NCBI GenBank assembly: GCA_028826165.1 | Contig: JAPDFW010000063.1 | Coordinates: 434,001 to 498,000, forward strand | Direction: 5' to 3' | DNA from: Anaeramoeba ignava BMAN | Taxonomy: Eukaryota > Protista > Anaeramoebae | Length of the DNA stretch: 64,000 nucleotides | Shown: positions 50,113-59,979 of the stretch, one piece after another | Layout of the letters: every line of letters begins with the position of its first letter | How positions within the stretch are numbered: the first letter of the stretch is position 1 | Made by a program: the position numbers and the translations under genes | Notes under the pieces: model-generated | What the model saw: the letters and a program-made list of their open reading frames with translations, nothing else | Database searches by the model: none | What the model was told of the DNA's origin: nothing

Positions 50113-51300
50113 TTATTTTACAGATTGTGATGGTATTTCTTTTTCAAGTTCAATATAAAATTCATTTCTCATTTCTGAAATTTGTGGATCATCTTGAAAA
50201 CTTGGTATTTTTCCATTTTCATTATATTCATCAATAGAATAAAAATCTGTAAATTTAGCTGCAATTTTAGAACTTCCAATCCATCCTAAATATTTTCGAT
50301 ACTCTAAACTAACAACATTAACATTACTTTGAGTTATTAAATCAAGTTCTGCTTTTAATCTTTCTGAAAATCCATTAAACATTGTTGAACCTCCTGATAA
50401 AATAACATTTTGTAATAAATCTTTTTGCTCTTGAATATCAAATTTTGAAATACTATCAAAAATTAAATGTTGAATTGATCGATAATTCCAATCTTGAAGT
50501 TTAGGTTGAAATAATAATTCAGGGCATTTAAATAGTGATTCATTTACTATAAGAGTTTCACCATGAGGAAGTTCATATAATTTACTGATATCAATTTGAT
50601 ATGATTTTTCAAGTTCTTTTTGATAATCTAAAGCAACATAACAAACTTTTTCTTTAATATCTCTAACAATTTCAAATTCTGAAGTATCATTTAATAATGG
50701 TAAATCATGATTTTCTGAATATAATAATTTTCTCATATATAAATTTAATTCATATCCAGCTAAATTTTGTCTTTGAACATTTTCAACAATTGGATTTCCA
50801 TTAATAAAGGGTTCTACAATAGAAACACCATCACCAATATGAACAACAAGTGCAGTTTTATTTGCATCAACAGCAGTTAAAGCAGATTGGCAAAAATCAT
50901 TCAAATATAAAGATTGAGCATTAAATGTTTCAAAAATAATTTGTGCAATTTTTTCAGATTGTTTTTTTGGATTTCCAACAAATTCAGTCATAAAAACAGG
51001 ATGTTCTTCAGGCGCAACACGAAGTTCATTATAAAAAGTATGATGAAGAATTTTTTCATAATCATCCCAATTTTGTATTATTCCGTTTTGGATTGGATGA
51101 TTTAACCATAAAATTCCTCGTTTTGCCATTGCTTCATCTCCTGTATATGAATCTTTTTGTCCCATTCCAACCATTACTCCTTGATATTTGGGTCTTCCTA
51201 TTATACCTGGAAATACTGCTCTTGGTGCATCATCTCCTGCAAATCCTGCTTTAACCATTCCTGAACTAATATTTAAACAAAGTGATATAGTTTCATCCAT
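50113..51300 (-). CDS. Divergent actin-like protein B, copy 1 (likely start MDETIS at 51300)
   Basis: [60 protein letters not shown]. Confidence 0.88.
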   Translation of the reverse strand: MDETISLCLNISSGMVKAGFAGDDAPRAVFPGIIGRPKYQGVMVGMGQKDSYTGDEAMAKRGILWLNHPIQNGIIQNWDDYEKILHHTFYNELRVAPEEHPVFMTEFVGNPKKQSEKIAQIIFETFNAQSLYLNDFCQSALTAVDANKTALVVHIGDGVSIVEPFINGNPIVENVQRQNLAGYELNLYMRKLLYSENHDLPLLNDTSEFEIVRDIKEKVCYVALDYQKELEKSYQIDISKLYELPHGETLIVNESLFKCPELLFQPKLQDWNYRSIQHLIFDSISKFDIQEQKDLLQNVILSGGSTMFNGFSERLKAELDLITQSNVNVVSLEYRKYLGWIGSSKIAAKFTDFYSIDEYNENGKIPSFQDDPQISEMRNEFYIELEKEIPSQSVK

Positions 51301-51401
51301 TTCTTTTTTTTGTTTTTGTTTTTGAATTAAATTCAAAATAAAAAAATGAAAAAAATATTTTTGCTTTTTTTTTTTTATTTTTTAATAATTTAAATAAAAA
51401 A

Positions 51402-52007
51402 ATGTCTATTCAATTTATTCCAACTTTTGGAACTTTAAAATACTATTTGGGTGGTTTAAATCCTCCTAAAAATGAAATTAAATATAATTCAGTTGATTAT
51501 TTAAATTCTCTTATTAATAGAATTGAGAAAAAAGAATCAAAAACAATTTTAAAAACAATTTCTCAATTAATAAATGAATCTGAATTAAATTTTAATAAAG
51601 TTAATATTTATGAAATTGAATTTGTTAATTATGGATATTTAGAAATTATTTTTGGATTAAAATTTACTTATGAATCAAAACAATTTTCTTTTATAATTAT
51701 TTCAAGTCAACTTCCTTCTTATGTTGATAAAGTTCATCAAGATTTTATTCATACAAAAGATTTTCAACAATATTTCCCAAATTTTATTTTACAAGTTTTT
51801 GATTATGATGAATTTAAACTTTCCAAATCAAATCTTCCAATTTCTTTTTTTACACAAATTAATATTAATTTATGTAGATGTATTGCAAAAAATGAAAGTT
51901 ATTCACAAAATTGGGGAGTTTGTTGTTATTATTATTATTATTATTTATTAAATTATTTAAAATTTTTCCTAATCCAAAAATATTCAACACCTTTTCAAAT
52001 TAATTGA
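51402..52007 (+). pseudogene. Truncated duplicate (exon 1 plus part of the intron) of the unknown gene at 54872-55908
   Basis: Near-identical to 54872-55468, but similarity stops just before the acceptor and exon 2 is absent. Confidence 0.8.
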
Positions 52008-52098
52008 TCAATTTGAGTTTGAGTAATCTGAAATGAGATTGTAAAGAAATGAAAGAATTAAATCCTTTTTTTCTATTAATAATAGGGAAATCAAAATA

Positions 52099-52240
52099 GG
52101 ACAAAGAGATTCATATATAGGAGATGAAGCAATGTCAAAACGAGGAATCTTATGGTTAAATCATCCAATCCAAAACGGAATAATACAAAATTGGGATGAT
52201 TATGAAAAAATTCTTCATCATACTTTTTATAATGAACTTC
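52099..52240 (+). pseudogene. Inverted 142 bp fragment of actin-like gene B
   Basis: Translates [47 protein letters not shown] on the + strand. Confidence 0.85.
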
Positions 52241-52417
52241 TCAGATTTATTTTATCACTTGAAGTTTTATGAATTGAAAAAATTAGAAATCAATCAACCA
52301 AGTATTTTAATTTCTAGATATTTGAATATTTTTTTTTTTGATTTTAATTTTGAGGGAAAAAAAAAAGAATTAAAATGGAAAAAAAAAAGAATCAAATTTG
52401 AATTGTGAAAAAAATGA

Positions 52418-53518
52418 TTAGAAATTATGAGAAAATTTGTGAATTCTCGATGGTCCAAATTCTTCATATTCTTCTTTTTTTAATGAAATTTGTGAAAATT
52501 CTGGAAATCCTGAAAAAATTGATCCTCCAATCCATGGAAGAATATCATTGTTCATTTGTGAAGAAATGAAAACGTTTTGATTTCCACTTAAATCAATTAA
52601 TTCTTTTCTTAATCGATCTTCAAATCCATTCATCATTGTTGTTCCTCCTGAAAGTATAATGTTTGATAATAAAATGTTTTGGATATTTGGCTCAAATAGT
52701 TCAATACTTGTTAAAATTGATTGTTGAATACTTGGTTGATCAATATAAAAACGAAGTGGTTGAAAAAATGATTCTGCACATTCAAATCTTGCTGAATTAA
52801 GAATAACTTCTTTATCTGCTTCAAAATTAAATGATTTTTCACATTGATTTGATTGTTTTGATATTTCAAGTTCTTGTTCATAATCTTGTGAAATATATCC
52901 TAAATTTTCTTTGATTTTTTTAACAATTTCGAAATCAATAGTTGATGAGAAATAATATCCACTTTTTTTCATTATTTTCATTAAATATTTTGTAATGTTT
53001 TTTCCTCCATATTGATAAAATGGTAATTTGTAATTTGTTGAAAATTTTCCATCATAAATTGGTAATATTTGAGTTAATTCATCACCAATATCAACAACAA
53101 CTCCTGTTTTTTTATTCAATCCAATAAGAGTTAAAATAGGTTGTAATTCAAATGCAATTGATGGAACATCAAATGTTTCAATAAAAATTTGTGTTAAATG
53201 TTCTTTTTGTGCTTTTGATTCAAAAATTGGTTCAGTAATAAGAATTGGTTTATCTGAAGGTTCAATATTAAGTTCTTTGTAAAAAAGATGAGTGTAAATT
53301 TTTTCAAAAAAATCCCAATTTTTAATTCTTCCATTTTTCGTTATATATTCTAAACTTAATTCTTGATTTGAAATTGTTTCATTTCCAATATAATATTCAT
53401 TTTTTATTGTTTTTCCAATTAAATTTGGTAATTTAATTCTTGGTAAATTTTCACCTGCAAATCCTGCTTTGATTGAATTTGAACCTTGATCAATAACAAC
53501 TGCATTTCCATATTGCAT
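52418..53518 (-). CDS. Divergent actin-related protein A, copy 2
   Basis: Differs from copy 1 by about 3 residues. Confidence 0.88.
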   Translation of the reverse strand: MQYGNAVVIDQGSNSIKAGFAGENLPRIKLPNLIGKTIKNEYYIGNETISNQELSLEYITKNGRIKNWDFFEKIYTHLFYKELNIEPSDKPILITEPIFESKAQKEHLTQIFIETFDVPSIAFELQPILTLIGLNKKTGVVVDIGDELTQILPIYDGKFSTNYKLPFYQYGGKNITKYLMKIMKKSGYYFSSTIDFEIVKKIKENLGYISQDYEQELEISKQSNQCEKSFNFEADKEVILNSARFECAESFFQPLRFYIDQPSIQQSILTSIELFEPNIQNILLSNIILSGGTTMMNGFEDRLRKELIDLSGNQNVFISSQMNNDILPWIGGSIFSGFPEFSQISLKKEEYEEFGPSRIHKFSHNF

Positions 53519-53581
53519 TAACTTATATTAAAATAAATATAATAAATTAAAAATAAATTAAAATTAAATTGAATATTTTTG

Positions 53582-54769
53582 TTATTTTACAGATTGTGAT
53601 GGTATTTCTTTTTCAAGTTCAATATAAAATTCATTTCTCATTTCTGAAATTTGTGGATCATCTTGGAAACTTGGTATTTTTCCATTTTCATTATATTCAT
53701 CAATAGAATAAAAATCTGTAAATTTATCTGCAATTTTAGAACTTCCAACCCATCCTAAATATTTTCGATACTCTAAACTAACAACATTAACATTACTTTG
53801 AGTTATTAAATCAAGTTCTGCTTTTAATCTTTCTGCAAATCCATTAAACATTGTTGAACCTCCTGATAAAATAACATTTTGTAATAAATCTTTTTGCTCT
53901 TGAATATCAAATTTTGAAATACTATCAAAAATTAAATGTTGAATTGATCGATAATTCCAATCTTGAAGTTTGGGTTGAAATAATAATTCAGGGCATTTAA
54001 ATAGTGATTCATTTACTCTAAGGATTTCACCATGAGGAAGTTCAAATAATTTACTGATATCCATTTGATATGATTTTTCAAGTTCTTTTTGATAATCTAA
54101 AGCAACATAACAAACTTTTTCTTTAATATCTCTAACAATTTCAAATTCTGAAGTATCATTTAATAGAGGTAAATCATGATTTTCTGAATATAATAATTTT
54201 CTCATATATAAATTTAATTCATATCCAGCTAAATTTTGTCTTTGAACATTTTCAACAATTGGATTTCCATTAATAAAAGGTTCTACAATAGAAACACCAG
54301 TACCAATATGAACAACAAGTGCAGTTTTATTTGCATCAACAGCAGTTAAAGCAGATTGGCAAAAATCATTCAAATATAAAGATTGAGCATTAAATGTTTC
54401 AAAAATAACTTGTGCAATTTTTTCAGATTGTTTTTTTGGATTTCCAACAAATTCAGTCATAAAAACAGGATGTTCTTCAAGCGCAACACGAAATGCGTCA
54501 TAAAAAATATAATGAAGAATTTTTTCATAATTGTCCCAATTTTGTATTATTCCGTTTTGAACTGGATGATTTAACCATAAAACTCCTCGTTTTGACATTG
54601 CTTCATCTCCTATATATGAATCTCTTTGTCCCATTCCAACCATTACTCCTTGATATTTGGGTCTTCCTGCTATACTTGGAAATGTCAATCTTGGTGCATC
54701 ATCTCCTGCAAATCCTGCTTTAACCATTCCTGAACCAATATTTAAACAAAGTTTCAAAATCCCAGTCAT
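53582..54769 (-). CDS. Divergent actin-like protein B, copy 2 (likely start MTGILK at 54769)
   Basis: Same actin motifs as copy 1. Confidence 0.88.
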   Translation of the reverse strand: MTGILKLCLNIGSGMVKAGFAGDDAPRLTFPSIAGRPKYQGVMVGMGQRDSYIGDEAMSKRGVLWLNHPVQNGIIQNWDNYEKILHYIFYDAFRVALEEHPVFMTEFVGNPKKQSEKIAQVIFETFNAQSLYLNDFCQSALTAVDANKTALVVHIGTGVSIVEPFINGNPIVENVQRQNLAGYELNLYMRKLLYSENHDLPLLNDTSEFEIVRDIKEKVCYVALDYQKELEKSYQMDISKLFELPHGEILRVNESLFKCPELLFQPKLQDWNYRSIQHLIFDSISKFDIQEQKDLLQNVILSGGSTMFNGFAERLKAELDLITQSNVNVVSLEYRKYLGWVGSSKIADKFTDFYSIDEYNENGKIPSFQDDPQISEMRNEFYIELEKEIPSQSVK

Positions 54770-54871
54770 TCCCTTTTTTTGTTTTTGTTTTTGAATTAAA
54801 TTCAAAATAAAAATTGAGAAAAATATTTTTTTATTTTTTATTTTTTATTTTTTTATAAATTTAATAAAAAA

Positions 54872-55908
54872 ATGTCTATTCAATTTATTCCAACTTTTGG
54901 AACTTTAAAATATTATTTGGGTGGTTTAAATCCTCCTAAAAATGAAATTAAATATAATTCAGCTGATTATTTAAATTCTCTTATTAATAGAATTGAGAAA
55001 AAAGAATCAAAAACAATTTTAAAAACAATTTCTCAATTAATAAATGAATCTGAATTAAATTTTAATAAAGTTAATATTTATGAAATTGAATTTGTTAATT
55101 ATGGATATTTAGAAATTATCTTTAGATTAAAATTTACTTATGAATCAAAACAATTTTCTTTTATAATTATTTCAAGTCAACTTCCTTCTTATGTTGATAA
55201 AGTTCATCAAGATTTTATTCATACAAAAGATTTTCAACAATATTTCCCAAATTTTATTTTACAAGTTTTTGATTATGATGAATTTAAACTTTCCAAATCA
55301 AATCTTCCAATTTCTTTTTTTACACAAATTGATATTAATTTATGTAGATGTATTGCAAAAAATGAAAGTTATTCACAAAATTGGGGAGTTTGTTGTTATT
55401 ATTATTATTTATTAAATTATTTAAAATTTTTCCTAATCCAAAAATATTCAACACCTTTTCAAATTAATTATAACAGATTTACAATCCAGAACCTATTTAC
55501 AGATTTGAACCTTTTGATGATGAATTATCAGAATTTACAAAGCAAATGATCATTGCTTCTTTAATAGGAACTTATAATCATCAACTTCAAAAAGGAGTTG
55601 CTTGTTCAAGAGCTTCTGGTGATGATTTTATTCTCCTTAGAACTTTTGACTATTCTCCAAAATCAATGAAAGAATGTTGGCGAATGATTTCTGTTAGAGA
55701 TGAGATTGAAATTGATTTCCAAAGCTATTGTGATTTAGTTACTAAAGAATTCCAAATTCCAACTAAACTTTCAGATAAACAAGTTATTGATAATTCTATT
55801 AAAATAAATCATAAATCAAAAGAAGCTTTTAGTTTAGAAACAATTCAAAAAGGAATTGAATTAGGAAAAGAAATGAGCAAATTTTGGATTAATAAAAAAG
55901 AAATTTAG
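54872..55908 (+). CDS. Hypothetical protein, 2 exons (54872-55387, 55478-55908)
   Basis: A GTTTG...AACAG intron joins NWG|IYNPEPIYRFEPFDDELSEFTKQMIIASLIG in frame; no recognised family. Confidence 0.7.
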
Positions 55909-55909
55909 T

Positions 55910-57895
55910 TTAATTTCTAATTAATAAAATTATTATTTTAATAATATTTTCATTTTATTTATATTATTTAATAATAAATTATAAGTAAATTATTAATAAA
56001 TTATATTTAATTTTATTATTATTTATTAATTAAAATATTTTAATAATAAAATATTTATTTCTAATTAATAAAATTATTATTCTAATAATATTTTCCATTT
56101 TATTTATATTATTTAATAATAAATTATAAGTAAATTATTAATAAATTATATTTAATTTTATTATTATTTATTAATTAAAATATTTTACTAATAAAATATT
56201 AATTTCTAATTAATAAAATTATTATTTTAATAATATTTCCATTTTTTATTTTGTATTATTATTTAATAATAAATTATAAATAAATTATTAATAAATTGTA
56301 TTTAATTTTATTATTATTTATTAATTAAAATATTTTAATAATAAAATATTTATTTCTAATTAATAAAATTATTATTCTAATAATATTTTCATTTTATTTA
56401 TATTATTTAATAATAAATTATAAATAAATTATTAATAAATTATATTTAATTTTATTATTAATTATTAATTAAAATATTTTACTAATAAAATATTTATTTC
56501 TAATTAATAAAATTATTATTCTAATAATATTTTCATTTTATTTATATTATTTAATAATAAATTATAAATAAATTATTAATAAATTATATTTAATTTTATT
56601 ATTATTTATTAATTAAAATATTTTAATAATAAAATATTAATTTCTAATTAATAAAATTATTATTCTAATAATATTTCCATATTTAATTAAATTATAAATA
56701 AATTTAAATTTATTTAATTTTATTTTAATAATAAAAAATATTTTAATAATACAAATTTAATTAATAAAATTATTATTTAATTTTATTATTATTTATTAAA
56801 TTTAAAATAAATTTTAATAAATTATATTTAAAAAATATTTAAAAATTTTAATAAAAATATTTATTTCTATTAATAAAATTATTATTTTAATAATATTTCC
56901 ATTTTATTTATATTATTTAATAATAAATTATAAGTAAATTATTAATAAATTGTATTTAATTTTATTATTATTTATTAATTAAAAATATTTTAATAATAAA
57001 ATATTTATTTAATTATTTTAATAATAAATTATTATTTTAATAAAATATTATATTATTAATTTATTTTTATTATTAAATTATTAAAATTATTTTAATAATA
57101 AAATATTTATTTCTATTTAATAAAATTATTAATATTATTTCCATTTTATTTATATTATTTAATAATAAATTATAAATAAATTATTAATAAATTATATTTA
57201 ATTTTATTATTATTTAATAATAAAATATTTTAATAATAAAATATTATTTCCATTTTATTTATATTATTTAATAATAAATGTTAAATTATTAATAAACTAT
57301 ATTTAATTTTATTATTAATTATTAATTAAAATATTTTAATAATAAAATATTTATTTCTACTTTAATAAAAATTATTTAATAATATTTCCATTTTATTTAT
57401 ATTATTTTTTAATAATATTATAAATAAATTATAAATAAATAATATTTAATTATTAATTAAAATATTTTACTAATAAAATATTTATTTCTAATTAATAAAA
57501 TTATTATTCTAATAATATTTCCATTTTATTTATATTATTTAATAATAAATTATAAATAAATTATAAATAAATTATATTTAATTTTTATTATTATTTATTA
57601 ATTAAAATATTTTAATAATAAAATATTTATTTCTATTTAATAAAATTATTATTCTAATAATATTTCCATTTTATTTATATTATTTAATAATAAATTATAA
57701 ATAAATTATTAATAAATTATATTTAATTTTATTATTATTTATTAATTAAAATATTTTAATAATAAAGTATTTATTTCTAATTTAATAAAATTATTATTTT
57801 AATAATATTTCCATTTTATTTATATTATTTAATAATAAATTATAAATAAATTATAAATAAATAATATTTAATTTTATTATTATTTATTAAATAAA
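55910..57895. repeat. AT-rich minisatellite between convergent genes, ~144 bp unit, ~13-14 partly degenerate copies
   Basis: Anchor TTTCTAATTAATAAAATT near 55914, 56058, 56203, 56353, 56497, 56641 and onward. Confidence 0.88.
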
Positions 57896-57950
57896 AATAA
57901 GTCAAATTGAAAAGATTTTTTATTGAGGAAAGAAGAAAAAAGAAAAAGAA

Positions 57951-58856
57951 TTAATTTGCAACTTTTGGATGGCCAGTAACAATAGTAGTTTCAATACCAC
58001 ATTCATTGAAACCTTTTAAAATATTAGCATAGCCATTAATTCCCCAAGAAGTGCCCCAAGAATTAGCACAAATCCAATAATCGACGCCATTATCAACACC
58101 CCAGCCTATTATTCTAAGAGAATGACCACCTATTTCATTGCCAGCAACATGGGAATATATGCCACTTGAATAGTGTAAAAAATCTTCAAAAATGGTAAAA
58201 GCGGATTGAATTGAACCTCTCAAATATATCTCAGTCATAATCCAATAAACCTCCCAAACACCATAAAAATCATTCGCAAAATAAAACGAGAAATCTGATC
58301 CATTAGTGCAAGTATTTCTGCACAGACCGGGCTCACCGGATCCGCCTGAAGTATAAGGATAACAATCAATACTAACGCTTCCGTTAGAAGTTAAAAATTG
58401 CCAAGCAGCATAAAGCCAACCGCCATTGCAACCGAAATTGTAGCTGTCGCAATCAACAAGGAACTGGGGAGATAAACGCACTTTGATTGTGGAGTTTGAT
58501 TCAATGCACAGCCTATCACTCAGTGCTTCAACCGCAGGTATTGCCCACGATGATCCACATTTGCCCTCATCACTTATGCCCCCGATACATCCAGGCCATG
58601 CTTCTCGTGCATCGAAATTTGCTGGTGGATCCGTCAGTTTCTCCCGTCGGATTTTTGTTTTCTCAAAATTCTCTGGTGGATCAATTTTTAAGTTGAAAAG
58701 TCTTTTTAGATCTTCGTCGGTTTTTTTTGAAAATTCTAAATTTTCTTTGCTAATCCAACCTGCATTGGCTGCGTTTATTTGGTTCACTAATTCTTCATAA
58801 CGTCCTGAAAATACAGTTATAATTAGAAAGAGAAATATAAGCAGAGAAAGTTTCAT
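57951..58856 (-). CDS. Cathepsin B-like papain-family (C1A) preproprotein with the catalytic Cys replaced by Ser
   Basis: Signal peptide, PANFDAREAWP, CGSSWA, LSPQFLVDCD, GCNGG, GGHS, YWICANSWG, NECGIE. Confidence 0.9.
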   Translation of the reverse strand: MKLSLLIFLFLIITVFSGRYEELVNQINAANAGWISKENLEFSKKTDEDLKRLFNLKIDPPENFEKTKIRREKLTDPPANFDAREAWPGCIGGISDEGKCGSSWAIPAVEALSDRLCIESNSTIKVRLSPQFLVDCDSYNFGCNGGWLYAAWQFLTSNGSVSIDCYPYTSGGSGEPGLCRNTCTNGSDFSFYFANDFYGVWEVYWIMTEIYLRGSIQSAFTIFEDFLHYSSGIYSHVAGNEIGGHSLRIIGWGVDNGVDYWICANSWGTSWGINGYANILKGFNECGIETTIVTGHPKVAN

Positions 58857-59187
58857 GTTGAAAAAAAATGAAAAATGAAAAAGAAAGAAAAGAAAAAAAT
58901 GAATTGGGGGATTTGATAAAAAAAAATAAAAAAAAATTAAAAAAGGAGAAAAATTTTATTATTTTTTATTTTTCTTCTTTTTTTTTTTAATTCATTTTTT
59001 TTTTGCTTTTTCTTTTTCTTTTTTTCTTTTTAAAATAATTAAACAATTAAAAAAGAAAATAAAGAAAATCAACAAGAACAAAATCCTTCAAATAAATTTC
59101 ATTTTTCTTTAATTTTTAATTTTAAATTTAAATTTAAATTTTAATTTCCAATAAATTTTAAATTTGGATAATTTCCGTTATTATTTT

Positions 59188-59757
59188 ATGACAACATTAA
59201 GAATAGTAGTAGTTGGTTCAGGAGGAGTTGGCAAATCAGCATTAACACTTCAATTTGTACATTCAAAATTTATAGAAGTATATGAACCAACAATAGAAGA
59301 TTCATATCGAAAACAAGTGTCAATTGACAATAAAGATCATGTTCTTGAAATTTTGGATACAGCGGGTCAAGAAGAATATTCCATCATCCGCGACTCCCAT
59401 TTACGTTCCGGCGACGGTTTTCTTCTTGTTTTTGCTGTTGATAAATCTCAAACTTTGGAGCAAATCCCCAAATTGAAAAGCCAAATTGCTCGTGCGAAAG
59501 AATTCTCAAATATTCCAATGCTTATTGTTGGAAATAAAATAGATCTTGTTAAGGATCGTAAAGTTAAAAAATCAACCGCAAAACAACTTGCTGATTCGTT
59601 GGATATTCCGTATTTGGAAACTTCAGCTAAAACTAAAATTAATGTAGATGAGGCTTTTCTTCAAATTTCTAGATTAATTTTAAAATTTTCTGATCAAAAC
59701 CCTTCTCTTTCTAATTTACATAAAAGAAAGAAAAAAAGAGCTTGTTTATTGTTATAA
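59188..59757 (+). CDS. Ras-family small GTPase (Ras/Rap subfamily)
   Basis: GSGGVGKS, YEPTIEDSYRK, DTAGQEEY, NKID, ETSAK, polybasic tail plus CLLL CAAX. Confidence 0.95.
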   Translation: MTTLRIVVVGSGGVGKSALTLQFVHSKFIEVYEPTIEDSYRKQVSIDNKDHVLEILDTAGQEEYSIIRDSHLRSGDGFLLVFAVDKSQTLEQIPKLKSQIARAKEFSNIPMLIVGNKIDLVKDRKVKKSTAKQLADSLDIPYLETSAKTKINVDEAFLQISRLILKFSDQNPSLSNLHKRKKKRACLLL

Positions 59758-59979
59758 AAAAATTACTTTTTGACTTTATCTTTTTTTGCTTTTTTTTTTT
59801 ATTTGGATTGTTTTCTATTTTTTTTTTAATCAAAATTAAAATTAAAATTAAAATTAAAATTAAAATTAAAATCATTTCATTGAAAAATGCAAATGAAAAA
59901 TCAATTCATTGAAAAATCAAAATAAAAATTAAAAATCAAAAATCAATCCAAAAACCAATTCATTGAAAAATAAAAAATA

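Noticed and set aside
55910-57895. Possible micro-exon array
   Set aside because: It lies between two convergent stop codons and has no invariant AG-N-GT junction
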